From contig CAKOVU010000005.1 of assembly GCA_934122115.1 (NCBI GenBank), positions 14,596 to 78,595 on the forward strand: 64,000 nucleotides of DNA. Reading direction: 5' to 3'. The notes beneath the pieces were generated by a model. It saw only the letters and a program-made list of their open reading frames with translations, searched no databases and was not told the origin of the DNA. Position numbers and translations under genes: made by a program. How positions within the stretch are numbered: the first letter of the stretch is position 1; each line of letters opens with the position of its first letter. Below, in pieces: positions 7,749 to 18,285 of the stretch. The DNA comes from an uncultured Clostridia bacterium. GTDB lineage: Bacteria; Bacillota; Clostridia; TANB77; CAG-508.

Positions 7749-10262
7749 ATGTTTCAAAATATATCAAAAAACACACAAGATGTTTTTGAAGAAGGAGTTG
7801 AATACACACAAGATAAAAAGGGTTTTGATAAGAGAGAATTTTTAAAAAGAACATTTAGTTTACAAAATTGCATAATATATGTGATTAGTTTTATGGTTGC
7901 AATGGCTGGAGGGGATTCAACATTGCTTACAATTGCACCATTTGGATTTGCAATGATTGCGGCAGCAGTTGGCGCAGAGGTGCCTGTAATGATGGTTTGT
8001 GTATCATCTTTATTAGGTGCAACAATAAAATTTGGTGGCAGTAGTTTATTAACATATTTATTTACAATATTAGTATTTTTAGCATGTATTCTTATAAAAA
8101 GGCCGGCTGAAGCAATGGAAGATTACGAGCTAAACGAGAAGAAAAAAGTTGGAGCTCATATCGCAATTTCTGTATTTATAGTACAAGCCGTTCAGATGCT
8201 ATTTAAAACATTTTATGTTTACGATTTGCTATACAGCATTATGCTTGCTATATCTACATTTATAATGTACAAAGTATTTGTGAATTCTTTGATTGTATTT
8301 AAAGAATTTACAGTAAAAAAAGTATTCTCAATAGAGGAAGTTATAGGAGCAAGTATACTTGCAATAATAGCAATAAGTGCATTTGGAAATTTAAGCATTC
8401 TAGGTTTTTCGATAAGAAATGTACTTAGCATATTGGTTGTTCTAGTATTAGGATGGAAAAACGGAATGCTAGTTGGAGCCACAGGCGGATTAACGGTAGG
8501 CCTTACACTAGGAATTATAATTGGTGAAAATCCAACATTTATTGCAGCATATGCGTTATCTGGATTGATAGCAGGAATATTAAATAAATTAGGAAAAGTT
8601 GGGGTAATATTTGGTTTCATAATAGGAAACATAATATTATCATACATATCAAACGGAAATACAATTGAAATAATAAGATTTCAAGAGATTCTAATAGCTT
8701 CACTTGGTTTACTAGCATTACCTAAAAACGTGGGAATAAAGGCATATAATTACAATGAGGATTACAAGTTATTGCCAGAAACTACAGGCAGAACTTTAGA
8801 AGAAAACAAAGAAACAATAAACAAATTAAATAATATGTCTGACACTATATCTCAAATTGCAAAGGAATATCAAACAGCAGCAACAGCAGCTGTTACAGCA
8901 GAAGAGGTTGAATCACAAGAAAAAATAAACCAAGATATTTTTGAAGATGAGTTAAGAAATAATTTAGAAGGACAAGAAGAAAACTTATTATACGATGACA
9001 TATACAATAACGAAAATAATGTATTATCAGATATTTTCGAAGTTTTGTTACAAAAAGAAGTTATAACAAGAAAAGATTTATTAAAAATATTTGCAAATCA
9101 TAACAGTTATATTATTGGCTATTCAAAAGATCAAGATAATGATGATTTTGCAGTAAAAACAGATATAGATTCAATAATAAGAATATTAAATTCATCTTAT
9201 AGGGTTAGCAAATTAAACTTTATATGGAAGAAAAAGTTAGAAGAAAATAGAAAAAATGTATCGACGCAATTATCTGGCGTGTCAGAAGCAATATCAAATT
9301 TAGCAGAGCAAATAAGTGTTGATAAAGAAAATCCATATGCAAAGCAAAAAGAAGAAATTAAGCTTTTATTAAAAGAAAAAGATATAATTTTAAAAGACAT
9401 AACTATTAAACAAGAAGAAAGCAAAAGATATATAATAAACTTATACACAAATGTGTGTGAAACTGTGGATGGTAAGCAGTGTATTTCAAAGAAAGTTGCA
9501 AGAATATTAAACAAAGTTATGAACGAAAAGATGGTATTACAAAAACAAAAATGTGGTTTAAGAGAAGATGACGACACATGCATGTTTATGTTTACATCAG
9601 AAGATAATTTTACAATGCAAGTTGGTATTGCAAAAACTAAAAAAGCTGGCTCAGTAATTTCTGGAGACACAACGATACAAACAAGACTAGAAGATGGTAA
9701 ATATTTGCTAGCCTTGAGTGATGGAATGGGATCTGGCCCAGAGGCTAGAAAAAGTAGCAAAATAGCAATAAAAATGCTGGAAAGATTGCTAGAAACAGGA
9801 TTTAACAAAGATGTAGCTTTAAAGCTAATTAATTCAATAATATCAAACAATACAGAAGAAGACATGTATGCAACTTTGGATGTTAGCATATTAGATTTAT
9901 ATAATGGAAAAATGGAATTCTTTAAGAATGGCGCTTGCCCAACTTACATAAAGAGGAATGGCAACACAGAAATACTGAAATCAATCTCATTACCAACAGG
10001 AATATTAAGCAATATAGATTTAGTAGAGTACGATTATGAGCTACAAGACGGTGACATAATTGTAATGTGCACTGATGGAGTAATTGAATCTAGCAATGAA
10101 TTTACAAATAAGGAATTATGGATTAAATACTTGCTAGAAGATTTAAGCACAGACGATGCACAAAGAATAGCCGACATAATTTTAAATGAATCTAGAGACA
10201 ACGATTATGGAAACGAAAAAGATGATATGAGCGTAATTGTATTTAGAGTGAATAAGAAATAA
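7749..10262 (+). CDS. spoIIE: Stage II sporulation protein E (PP2C phosphatase)
   Basis: About 10 N-terminal TM segments and a C-terminal PP2C domain (LALSDGMGSG ... CTDGV). ATG at 7749 lies 5 nt after GAGGTGG. Confidence 0.9.
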   Translation: MFQNISKNTQDVFEEGVEYTQDKKGFDKREFLKRTFSLQNCIIYVISFMVAMAGGDSTLLTIAPFGFAMIAAAVGAEVPVMMVCVSSLLGATIKFGGSSLLTYLFTILVFLACILIKRPAEAMEDYELNEKKKVGAHIAISVFIVQAVQMLFKTFYVYDLLYSIMLAISTFIMYKVFVNSLIVFKEFTVKKVFSIEEVIGASILAIIAISAFGNLSILGFSIRNVLSILVVLVLGWKNGMLVGATGGLTVGLTLGIIIGENPTFIAAYALSGLIAGILNKLGKVGVIFGFIIGNIILSYISNGNTIEIIRFQEILIASLGLLALPKNVGIKAYNYNEDYKLLPETTGRTLEENKETINKLNNMSDTISQIAKEYQTAATAAVTAEEVESQEKINQDIFEDELRNNLEGQEENLLYDDIYNNENNVLSDIFEVLLQKEVITRKDLLKIFANHNSYIIGYSKDQDNDDFAVKTDIDSIIRILNSSYRVSKLNFIWKKKLEENRKNVSTQLSGVSEAISNLAEQISVDKENPYAKQKEEIKLLLKEKDIILKDITIKQEESKRYIINLYTNVCETVDGKQCISKKVARILNKVMNEKMVLQKQKCGLREDDDTCMFMFTSEDNFTMQVGIAKTKKAGSVISGDTTIQTRLEDGKYLLALSDGMGSGPEARKSSKIAIKMLERLLETGFNKDVALKLINSIISNNTEEDMYATLDVSILDLYNGKMEFFKNGACPTYIKRNGNTEILKSISLPTGILSNIDLVEYDYELQDGDIIVMCTDGVIESSNEFTNKELWIKYLLEDLSTDDAQRIADIILNESRDNDYGNEKDDMSVIVFRVNKK

Positions 10263-10272
10263 AAATAATAAA

Positions 10273-10305
10273 AGAGTAAATCTTTACAGGATTTATTCTT
10301 TTTTC
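10273..10305 (+). terminator. Terminator after spoIIE
   Basis: AGAGTAAATC / GATTTATTCT stem plus TTTTT. Confidence 0.65.
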
Positions 10306-10375
10306 TTGTAATTTTACTTTGTTTTATGATATATTATAATTGCAAAAAAATAATTTATAAGAGAGGTAAAATTTT

Positions 10376-11899
10376 ATGAGCAAAGGCAGAAGATATAATG
10401 GAGATAGTACTCATAAACTAAACATAAAAAAAGTAATTGCAACAATAATTGCAATATTGGTAATAATAATGTTTATTATTATTGTAGTTAAAGTTGTAAA
10501 TACAGATCAAAAAACGACAGGAAAAAATGTAACATTAGCATATTATACAACATATCAAGATGGAAAATGGGGAGTAATTGATTCAAAGGGGAAAGACATT
10601 ATAACTCCTGTATATGATGAAATAATTGTGATTCCAAATCAAGAAAAGGATGTATTTGTTGTTACTTATGATGTTGATTACGATAACGAAACTTATAAAT
10701 CAAAGGCAATAGATAAAAATGGAAAAACTTTGTTTTCAGAATACGAAAATGTAGAAGCAATACAAAATCAAGATTCACAAAATAGTGTATGGTATTCTAC
10801 AAGTTGCTTAAAAGTAGAAAAAGATGGCTTATACGGATTAATTGATTTTTCAGGAAAGCTATTATTAAGCTGCCAATATGATTCTATAGAACCACTATTA
10901 AATGTGAAAAATACATTAATTACAACTAAAGATAGCAAAAAAGGATTGGTAAGTGAAACTGGTACTGTAATAATAAATAATGAATATGAAGATATAACAT
11001 CATTAACTTCTCAATATGAGGATGGTTACATAGTAAAGAATTCTGAAGGAAAAGTTGGCGTAATTGGTACAAACAAAAAAACATTAGTGCCAGTAGAATA
11101 TGACAAAATTTTAAATGTAAAAGAAGAAAATACATATATCACAAAGAAAGAAAATAAATTAATGATATATGATTCAGAAAAAAATAGTGAGACACCAATA
11201 AGTTCAGATGATGTTACAAGTATAAATAACAACAAAATAATAGTAGAAAATAATGGAAAATTCGGAATAATAAATAATGCGGGGGAGACTGTATTAGAGC
11301 CTAAATACCAGAGCTTGGAATATGTTTTCTCAGATTATTACATTGCAAAAGAAAATGATAAATATGGGGTTATAAACTCACAAGGTGAAACAAAATTAGA
11401 TTTTAAATATGACTCTTTAACATACAGAAAAGATGCAGATTTTATAGAAGGAAATACATCAGAGAAAATAGATAGTGACATAATAAACAGAAATTTAGAA
11501 GTTAAAATATCAGGAATAATATCAGAAGTAAATGTAGATAAAGGATACATGAAAGTAAGGCAAGGAAACGAATATAAATACTATAATTTTAAATTTGAGG
11601 AAAAGAAAAATACTCAAATATTAACAAATAATACATTATTCTTATCAAAAAAAGACGGCAAATATGGATATGTAAATAAAGATGGAGTAGTTGTAGTAAA
11701 CTATATTTATGACGATGCTACAGAACAAAATGATTCTGGATATGCTGCAATAAAGAAAGACGGAAAATGGGGAGCAATAGATGAAAATGGCAATATTGTG
11801 GTAGAGCCGAGCTTAACACTAGATAATAATACGGTTATAAATTTCATTGGAACTTGGCATTTATCAGAAGATACAAACGCTAGATATTATACCAAATGA
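10376..11899 (+). CDS. Membrane-anchored WG-repeat (KWG) protein
   Basis: At least 8 copies of the D/NGKWG-x-I/V-D/N-x-x-G motif after one TM helix. Confidence 0.8.
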   Translation: MSKGRRYNGDSTHKLNIKKVIATIIAILVIIMFIIIVVKVVNTDQKTTGKNVTLAYYTTYQDGKWGVIDSKGKDIITPVYDEIIVIPNQEKDVFVVTYDVDYDNETYKSKAIDKNGKTLFSEYENVEAIQNQDSQNSVWYSTSCLKVEKDGLYGLIDFSGKLLLSCQYDSIEPLLNVKNTLITTKDSKKGLVSETGTVIINNEYEDITSLTSQYEDGYIVKNSEGKVGVIGTNKKTLVPVEYDKILNVKEENTYITKKENKLMIYDSEKNSETPISSDDVTSINNNKIIVENNGKFGIINNAGETVLEPKYQSLEYVFSDYYIAKENDKYGVINSQGETKLDFKYDSLTYRKDADFIEGNTSEKIDSDIINRNLEVKISGIISEVNVDKGYMKVRQGNEYKYYNFKFEEKKNTQILTNNTLFLSKKDGKYGYVNKDGVVVVNYIYDDATEQNDSGYAAIKKDGKWGAIDENGNIVVEPSLTLDNNTVINFIGTWHLSEDTNARYYTK

Positions 11900-11917
11900 T
11901 AAACAAAAGGAGAAAAA

Positions 11918-13147
11918 ATGGAAATAAAAACAAAATATCAATATACATATTTTATATACCCATATGTAGTAAATGAAAAAAAATATGATAAGTACTTGTT
12001 AAAACTTTTGCACAATAAAAATTGCGAGTTGAAAATGTTTGAACAAGAAAAAAATCTTGATTTATATACATATTTTTTACCTAAAATAAGAAATTATATG
12101 TTTTGGTCTTTTGATTTTAATAACAAAAAAATGAAACAATTGGAACAATTTGATGACAATATGAAATCTGTATTGCTAGCAAAATATCCATGTGTAATGT
12201 TTGAATATAAAATAAAAAAAGATATTCAAGGAAAAACAAAAAATGATGGAATATTTTTCAATATTAGAAAAATAGAAATAATTTGTTTCAATACAGGAAT
12301 ATGCTTTTTAAATATAAAAACCACTTTGGATGAAGATAGCACATTAGAAGATTTATGTAACTTTAATTATAAGTTTAGAAATATAAATTCCAGCATTGCA
12401 AAATTAAAAGAATATGAAAATATAAAAATTCAAACCGATGCGTATAAAAATATAAAAGGAATTTCCCAGCTAATAAAAGAAATAGCTGGAAATAATGCAG
12501 AAGCAAAGGAACTAAATATAGATATAGATAAATTTGTAATTTATTCATATGCATGTATAGGGCAAGAATGCTGGGAAAATAGCACAAATGTTGAACTGCT
12601 GGAAAAAGAATTATATAAATATTCAAATGTATACCCAGTGGATTATAATTCTAGTATTAATACAGATTTAATTTATGAATTAGAGCAAGGAAAACATACA
12701 AAATTCGCATTTAATAGCACATCTACAGTACTACTTACGTCAGATGCAAATACTGATAATTATACTAAATTACCACATATATATGAAACACAGTATTTGT
12801 ATAACTATATTTATGAATTGCACAAAAAAATATTTTTAAATAAGCTAGATAAAGAAGCAAAGAATTATAATAAATTCAATAATATAAAAGAGCAATTTAT
12901 ACAATTTGTGCAAAATGTGTGGATAGAAGAGACCACAAATAATAATATGGGGAATGAAATAACTAAATATTGGAAAAAAGCTTTAAAAACGGATAAGGTA
13001 TTTGAAAAAGTAAAGCAAAAATATGACATAATATACAAAAATGCAAATATAGAAAAAAGTGAAAAATCAAACAAGTGGATTATTATAAGTTTAATAGTAC
13101 TTGCACTAATAAATATAGCAAATTATATTTCTATATTACACAAATAA
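11918..13147 (+). CDS. Hypothetical protein with a single C-terminal TM helix
   Basis: 409 aa. RBS AAAGGAG. I did not recognise any family. Confidence 0.6.
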   Translation: MEIKTKYQYTYFIYPYVVNEKKYDKYLLKLLHNKNCELKMFEQEKNLDLYTYFLPKIRNYMFWSFDFNNKKMKQLEQFDDNMKSVLLAKYPCVMFEYKIKKDIQGKTKNDGIFFNIRKIEIICFNTGICFLNIKTTLDEDSTLEDLCNFNYKFRNINSSIAKLKEYENIKIQTDAYKNIKGISQLIKEIAGNNAEAKELNIDIDKFVIYSYACIGQECWENSTNVELLEKELYKYSNVYPVDYNSSINTDLIYELEQGKHTKFAFNSTSTVLLTSDANTDNYTKLPHIYETQYLYNYIYELHKKIFLNKLDKEAKNYNKFNNIKEQFIQFVQNVWIEETTNNNMGNEITKYWKKALKTDKVFEKVKQKYDIIYKNANIEKSEKSNKWIIISLIVLALINIANYISILHK

Positions 13148-13158
13148 AGGAGAGCACA

Positions 13159-13551
13159 ATGCAAATAAAAGTAGGTACTGATATTATAGAAGTAAGCAGA
13201 ATACAGGAATCAATAGAAAATTTAGGACAAAGTTTTCTAAATAAAATATACACAGAAGAAGAAATAAAATACTGCCAAGGTAAGAAAAAAGCGATGTATC
13301 AACACTTTGCTGCTAGGTTTGCTGCAAAAGAGGCAGCTTTTAAAGCAGTATCTACATTGCTAGATGATAAGTACAGCATATCTTGGAAAAATGCACAAAC
13401 GGTAGATGATGAAAATGGTAAGCCACACCTTGAGTTTGTGTCTTTAAGTAAAGATGTTGAAAAAATGCTAAAAAGAATAAGTAGCATAGATGTGAGTATA
13501 TCTCATTTAAAAGAATATGCTATTGCTACAGTAACAATATTAGTAGATTAG
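13159..13551 (+). CDS. acpS: Holo-[acyl-carrier-protein] synthase
   Basis: GTDIIEVSRI and FAAKEAAFKA motifs. ATG at 13159 follows AGGAG. The track's N-terminal extension overlaps the previous gene. Confidence 0.9.
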   Translation: MQIKVGTDIIEVSRIQESIENLGQSFLNKIYTEEEIKYCQGKKKAMYQHFAARFAAKEAAFKAVSTLLDDKYSISWKNAQTVDDENGKPHLEFVSLSKDVEKMLKRISSIDVSISHLKEYAIATVTILVD

Positions 13552-13558
13552 AGGTATT

Positions 13559-14356
13559 ATGGAAACAGAATTTTTTGATTCACATGCGCATTATAATGAT
13601 GAAAAATTTGCAGAAGATAGAGAAGATGTAATAGAAAGAATATATGAATCTGGAGTTACCAAGTTTGTAAGTGCAGGCTATGATGTGGAGTCATCTATTT
13701 ATGGCTTGAAATTGGCTTATGAAAAAGAATATATTTATACTACGGTTGGAGTATCACCCAACGATGTAAAAGAAAGCATAGAAGAGACTGAAATTGAAAT
13801 AAAAAAGATAGAAGAAATTCTTAAATCAGAAATAGAAAATAAGAAAATAGTTGCGATAGGAGAAATCGGATTAGATTATTATTGGAACAAAGAAAATAAA
13901 GAAATCCAAAAGTATGCATTTATAGAGCAAATAAAATTAGCTAATAAATATAATTTGCCGATAGTAATTCATACAAGAGAAGCTGTTATGGATACACTAG
14001 ATATTTTAAAAAATGTTCAAGCAGCCAATAAGAAAGGCATTTTTCATTGTTGCCCGCTAAATAGGGAATTAGTAAAAGAAGCTCTAAAATTAGATTTCTA
14101 TATTTCTTTTGCTGGACCTGTTACTTTTAAAAATGCTAAAAATGCAGAAGAAATAGTACAAATGGTTCCACTGGAAAAAGCATTAATAGAAACAGATAGC
14201 CCATATCTTACACCAGAACCTAAAAGAGGGACAAGAAATGATTCTAGAAATGTAAAGCTAATAGCCCAGAAAATAGCTGATTTCAAAGGGATTACGATAG
14301 AAGAAGTTGCAAAAGCTACTTACAAAAATGCAATGAAAATATTTAATATAAAATAA
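13559..14356 (+). CDS. tatD: TatD-family metal-dependent hydrolase (YabD-like)
   Basis: DSHAH, HTRE and ETDSPYL motifs. Confidence 0.9.
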   Translation: METEFFDSHAHYNDEKFAEDREDVIERIYESGVTKFVSAGYDVESSIYGLKLAYEKEYIYTTVGVSPNDVKESIEETEIEIKKIEEILKSEIENKKIVAIGEIGLDYYWNKENKEIQKYAFIEQIKLANKYNLPIVIHTREAVMDTLDILKNVQAANKKGIFHCCPLNRELVKEALKLDFYISFAGPVTFKNAKNAEEIVQMVPLEKALIETDSPYLTPEPKRGTRNDSRNVKLIAQKIADFKGITIEEVAKATYKNAMKIFNIK

Positions 14357-14480
14357 AGAAAAAGTGAGAATATTTGAGTACAAGCATGCATATAATATAG
14401 TATTGGAATATGTAAAATTTGACAGAGATTCCGAAAAATGGTATAATAAACATGTTGTTTCAAAGGAGGAACTAAAAAAT

Positions 14481-15470
14481 ATGAAAAAAGCAAAATTACC
14501 AGTTAAGAAAATAATTGGCCTATGCTTAATACTATTATTGATAATGGGAGTTGGAGTTGCAGCTTCTAATGTCAAATTGAACAATGTAAAAATTATACTT
14601 TCAAATGGGTATGAAATGGATGTACTTACATCTAAAACAAAAATTGCAGATATATTAGAAGAAAATCATATTATATTATTACCAGAAGAAAATGTAATTC
14701 CAAATAAAGAAAAAGAATTATCTGATAATAATACAATAAGGATTACAAAATTTGAAGAAAGCGAAACAGAAATTGCAGATGTAGCAGAAACTTCTGCAGA
14801 TATTACAGTAGATAATTTATTACAATCTTATGATAAGATAATAGAAAAAATAGAAACTGTTCAAGAAGAAATACCATACGAGACAATTACAAAGGATGTT
14901 TCAGATGGCAGCGATAATAAAAAAGATAGAGTTATCCAAGAAGGAAAAAACGGATTAAAAGAGGTAACCTATAAAGTAAAATATCAAAATGATACAGAAA
15001 TAGAAAGAACAGAAATATATTCAACAATAATTACAGAGCCAGTAAACAAAGTAATAGAAGTAAGAAAACAATATGTAACTTCAAGAAGCTCTGGAGCTAG
15101 AGTTTCATATAGCAATGGTGTATGGAGCTATTCAAATGCGGAATTCGATTTACTATGTGCAATAACAGCACAAGAATGTAGTTCAAGCTATGAAGGTGCG
15201 TTAGCTGTTATTACAACTGCATGTAATAGAGCTGAAAGTGCAAAATGGGCTAAAAATGGTTCGGATCCATTAAGCCAATATAAAGCCAAAGGTCAATTCT
15301 GTTATTCAATAGACAGCCATTGGAGAAGAAGATTAAATGGAAATTATGCTTCATACGTAGCAGAAGCCGTATCTGATGCATTAAATGGAAAAAGAAATCA
15401 CAATTATTTATCATTCAGATCAGCAGGTTATGCATCTGGTGAATATATAGGTGGAAACGTATATTTTTAA
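14481..15470 (+). CDS. YabE-like cell-wall protein (DUF348 - G5 - SleB/CwlJ-type hydrolase domain)
   Basis: Signal anchor. G5 segment QEGKNGLKEVTYKV. C-terminal segment EFDLLCAITAQEC...ACNR. ATG at 14481 follows AAGGAGG. Sits downstream of tatD, as yabD-yabE does in Bacillus. Confidence 0.7.
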   Translation: MKKAKLPVKKIIGLCLILLLIMGVGVAASNVKLNNVKIILSNGYEMDVLTSKTKIADILEENHIILLPEENVIPNKEKELSDNNTIRITKFEESETEIADVAETSADITVDNLLQSYDKIIEKIETVQEEIPYETITKDVSDGSDNKKDRVIQEGKNGLKEVTYKVKYQNDTEIERTEIYSTIITEPVNKVIEVRKQYVTSRSSGARVSYSNGVWSYSNAEFDLLCAITAQECSSSYEGALAVITTACNRAESAKWAKNGSDPLSQYKAKGQFCYSIDSHWRRRLNGNYASYVAEAVSDALNGKRNHNYLSFRSAGYASGEYIGGNVYF

Positions 15471-15488
15471 AAAGTATTAAGTATAAAA

Positions 15489-15525
15489 ATAGTAAGTCAA
15501 GAGTAATCTGACTTGCTATTTTTTG
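15489..15525 (+). terminator. Terminator after the yabE-like gene
   Basis: ATAGTAAGTCA / TGACTTGCTAT stem plus TTTTT. Confidence 0.7.
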
Positions 15526-15571
15526 TTTTATATAGTAATATTAAAACCAACAAATATTTAAGAGGTGAACA

Positions 15572-16327
15572 ATGAAATTAATATCTTGGAATGTAAATGG
15601 CTTAAGAGCAGTAATGAATAAAGGATTTATGGATTTTTTTAATTCTATAAATGCAGATGCTTTTTGCGTACAGGAAACAAAATTGCAAGAAGGACAAATA
15701 GAATTTGCGCCAGAAAACTACTATGTATATTTCAATAGCGCAATAAAGAAAGGATATTCTGGCACAGCGCTAATATCAAAAATTAAACCGATAAATGTTG
15801 CATATGGAATAAATATGGAAGAGCACGACTCCGAAGGAAGAGTAATAACTGCAGAATATGAAAAGTTTTATTTAGTGAACTGCTATACTCCAAATTCACA
15901 AAGAGAGTTGACCAGATTAGACTACAGAATGCAATGGGAGGATGATTTTAGAGCGTATTTATGCATGCTACAGAATAAAAAGCCAGTAATATTATGCGGA
16001 GATTTAAATGTGGCACATAATGAAATAGATTTAAAAAATCCTTCAACTAATAGACATAATGCAGGTTTTACTGATGAAGAAAGAGGCAAGATGACAGCAC
16101 TTTTAAATGCAGGCTTTATAGATACATTCAGATATATGTATCCAGATAAAAAAGAATGTTATTCGTGGTGGTCGTATATGTTTCATGCAAGAGAGAAAAA
16201 CGCTGGTTGGAGAATAGACTATTTTATAACATCAGAAAATTTAAAGAATAAAATAAAAGATAGTAAGATTCATACAGAAGTGTTTGGCAGTGACCATTGC
16301 CCAGTTGAATTAGATATAGAAATATAA
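15572..16327 (+). CDS. xth: Exodeoxyribonuclease III
   Basis: [12 protein letters not shown] and SDHCPV motifs. Confidence 0.9.
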   Translation: MKLISWNVNGLRAVMNKGFMDFFNSINADAFCVQETKLQEGQIEFAPENYYVYFNSAIKKGYSGTALISKIKPINVAYGINMEEHDSEGRVITAEYEKFYLVNCYTPNSQRELTRLDYRMQWEDDFRAYLCMLQNKKPVILCGDLNVAHNEIDLKNPSTNRHNAGFTDEERGKMTALLNAGFIDTFRYMYPDKKECYSWWSYMFHAREKNAGWRIDYFITSENLKNKIKDSKIHTEVFGSDHCPVELDIEI

Positions 16328-16339
16328 AGGGGAAAAATT

Positions 16340-17491
16340 ATGAAAAAAGACAATTTTAAGAAATGGATATTTTATTTTTCCATAATTGCTACTGCAATTA
16401 TTTTGGATAAAGTTTTACAAAATTTTACTAACATAACAAATTGGATAGTTCAATTAATATCAATACTTGCGCCGTTTGTAGGCGGAATATTAATAGCATA
16501 TATATTATATATGCCTTGCAAAAAAATAGAGAATGCTTATAAAAATACAAGCAAAAAACGTTTTTTAAATAAGCATGCAAGAGGATTAAGTGTTGCAACT
16601 GTATATATAATGACATTCATAATATTATTTATATTGTTTAATTGTATACTTCCTATTTTATTCCAAAGTTTCTCTGATTTGATTAGCAATATACCAGGAT
16701 ATTATGAAGAAGCAGTAATTAAAATAAATGAATTACCAGAAGACCACTTTTTAAGAGGAGAGCAAGTAACAGAAGTGGTAAATAGAATGAAATCAATAGA
16801 TTTGCAAAGCTTTTTAAATCCAGAAAAAATAATGGGATATGTGAAAAGTGTAATAAGTGCAGTAAGCAGCGTGTTTAGTGCTTTTGTTGCAATCGTGGTA
16901 TCTATTTACATATTGCTACAAAGAAAAGGAATAATAAAATTCTGGAGTCGATTATTTAGGTGTGTGTTCAAAGAGGGAACATGCTCAAAATTGGGTAAAT
17001 ATTTTAGAAATGGAAATGAAATATTTTTTAAGTTTCTAACAAGCCAAATGATAGATGCTTTAATAGTTGGAATAGTAGTTTCAATTGCAATGCTAATTTT
17101 AAACGTAAAATATGCAGTGCTACTAGGCTTCTTAATAGGATTATTCAACTTGATTCCATTCTTTGGAGCTATAATAGCTGTAGGAATAGCTATTTTGGTA
17201 ACACTATTAACAGATGGAATTGGCAAAGCAATTGCAATGGCAATTGTTGTAATAATATTACAACAAATTGATGCAAATATAATAAACCCTAAAATAGTTG
17301 GAAATTCATTAGAAATAAGTCAATTGCTAGTAATATTTGCTGTAACAATAGGCGGAGCATATTTTGGAGTTTTAGGAATGTTCTTGGCAGTACCAGTGAT
17401 GACAGTAATAAAGATGGTGATTGAAGATTCAATGGAAGAGAAAGAAAAATGTTCAAATTGTATTGACAATAATAACCAAATTAGTTTATAA
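16340..17491 (+). CDS. AI-2E family transporter (PerM/YtvI-like)
   Basis: About 8 TM segments with family-typical spacing and a C-terminal FLAVP motif. Confidence 0.75.
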   Translation: MKKDNFKKWIFYFSIIATAIILDKVLQNFTNITNWIVQLISILAPFVGGILIAYILYMPCKKIENAYKNTSKKRFLNKHARGLSVATVYIMTFIILFILFNCILPILFQSFSDLISNIPGYYEEAVIKINELPEDHFLRGEQVTEVVNRMKSIDLQSFLNPEKIMGYVKSVISAVSSVFSAFVAIVVSIYILLQRKGIIKFWSRLFRCVFKEGTCSKLGKYFRNGNEIFFKFLTSQMIDALIVGIVVSIAMLILNVKYAVLLGFLIGLFNLIPFFGAIIAVGIAILVTLLTDGIGKAIAMAIVVIILQQIDANIINPKIVGNSLEISQLLVIFAVTIGGAYFGVLGMFLAVPVMTVIKMVIEDSMEEKEKCSNCIDNNNQISL

Positions 17492-17577
17492 TATTAAACA
17501 TGTGAAGGCAATTTCGTATTAAGAAGTTGAAAATCCCATGCGAAAGCATTTGATGCAGCGGAAGGAGGGGAATATTA

Positions 17578-17748
17578 ATGTCAGAAGTAAAAGTAAATAA
17601 TGGAAATATAGAAGAAGCCCTAAAAAGATTTAAAAGACAATGCGCAAGAAATGGGGTATTACAAGAGGTTCGTAAAAGGGAACACTATGAGAAACCAAGC
17701 GTAAAGAGAAAGAAAAAATCAGAGGCAGCTAGAAAAAGAAAATTTTAA
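17578..17748 (+). CDS. rpsU: 30S ribosomal protein S21 (56 aa, missing from the ORF track)
   Basis: Hand-translated: [66 protein letters not shown]. Confidence 0.9.
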   Translation: MSEVKVNNGNIEEALKRFKRQCARNGVLQEVRKREHYEKPSVKRKKKSEAARKRKF

Positions 17749-17761
17749 AAATATATAGAAA

Positions 17762-17807
17762 AGAGGCGTTTTCAAAATCTAATTAGATAGAATTTGAAAG
17801 CGCCTTT
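17762..17807 (+). terminator. Hairpin after rpsU
   Basis: 15-bp stem AGAGGCGTTTTCAAA / TTTGAAAGCGCCTTT with a short T-run. Confidence 0.5.
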
Positions 17808-17832
17808 AAAAATATAAAAAGGAGAGATTAAT

Positions 17833-18273
17833 ATGTTAAAAGAAAAATTATTAGAAGACTTAAAACAATCAATGAAGGAGAAAAACACAAATAGAAAAAA
17901 TGTAGTGCAAATGGTAAGAGCAGGAATTTTGCAAGTGGAAAAAGATAAAGGAATCCAATTGGAAGATGCACAAGTGCTAGAGATAATTGCAAAGGAACTA
18001 AAAAAGAGAAAAGATTCATTAGCAGATTTTGAAAAAGCAAATAGAGAAGATTTAATAAATCAAGTAAATGAAGAAATAAGCGTATTAGAAGAATATTTAC
18101 CAAAACAATTATCAGATGAGGAATTAGAATTAAAAATTCAGGAAATAATAACAAAGGTAGGAGCAACAACAATAAAAGATTTAGGAATGGTAATGAAAGA
18201 AGCAAAAACAGAAATTGGAGCACAAGCAGATGGCAAAAGAATAAACGAGGTTGTAAGAAAATTATTAAATTAG
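17833..18273 (+). CDS. yqeY: GatB/YqeY domain protein
   Basis: Family-typical LKEDLKQSMKEKN start. rpsU-yqeY pairing as in Bacillus. Confidence 0.85.
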   Translation: MLKEKLLEDLKQSMKEKNTNRKNVVQMVRAGILQVEKDKGIQLEDAQVLEIIAKELKKRKDSLADFEKANREDLINQVNEEISVLEEYLPKQLSDEELELKIQEIITKVGATTIKDLGMVMKEAKTEIGAQADGKRINEVVRKLLN

Positions 18274-18285
18274 GAGGAAATGCTA

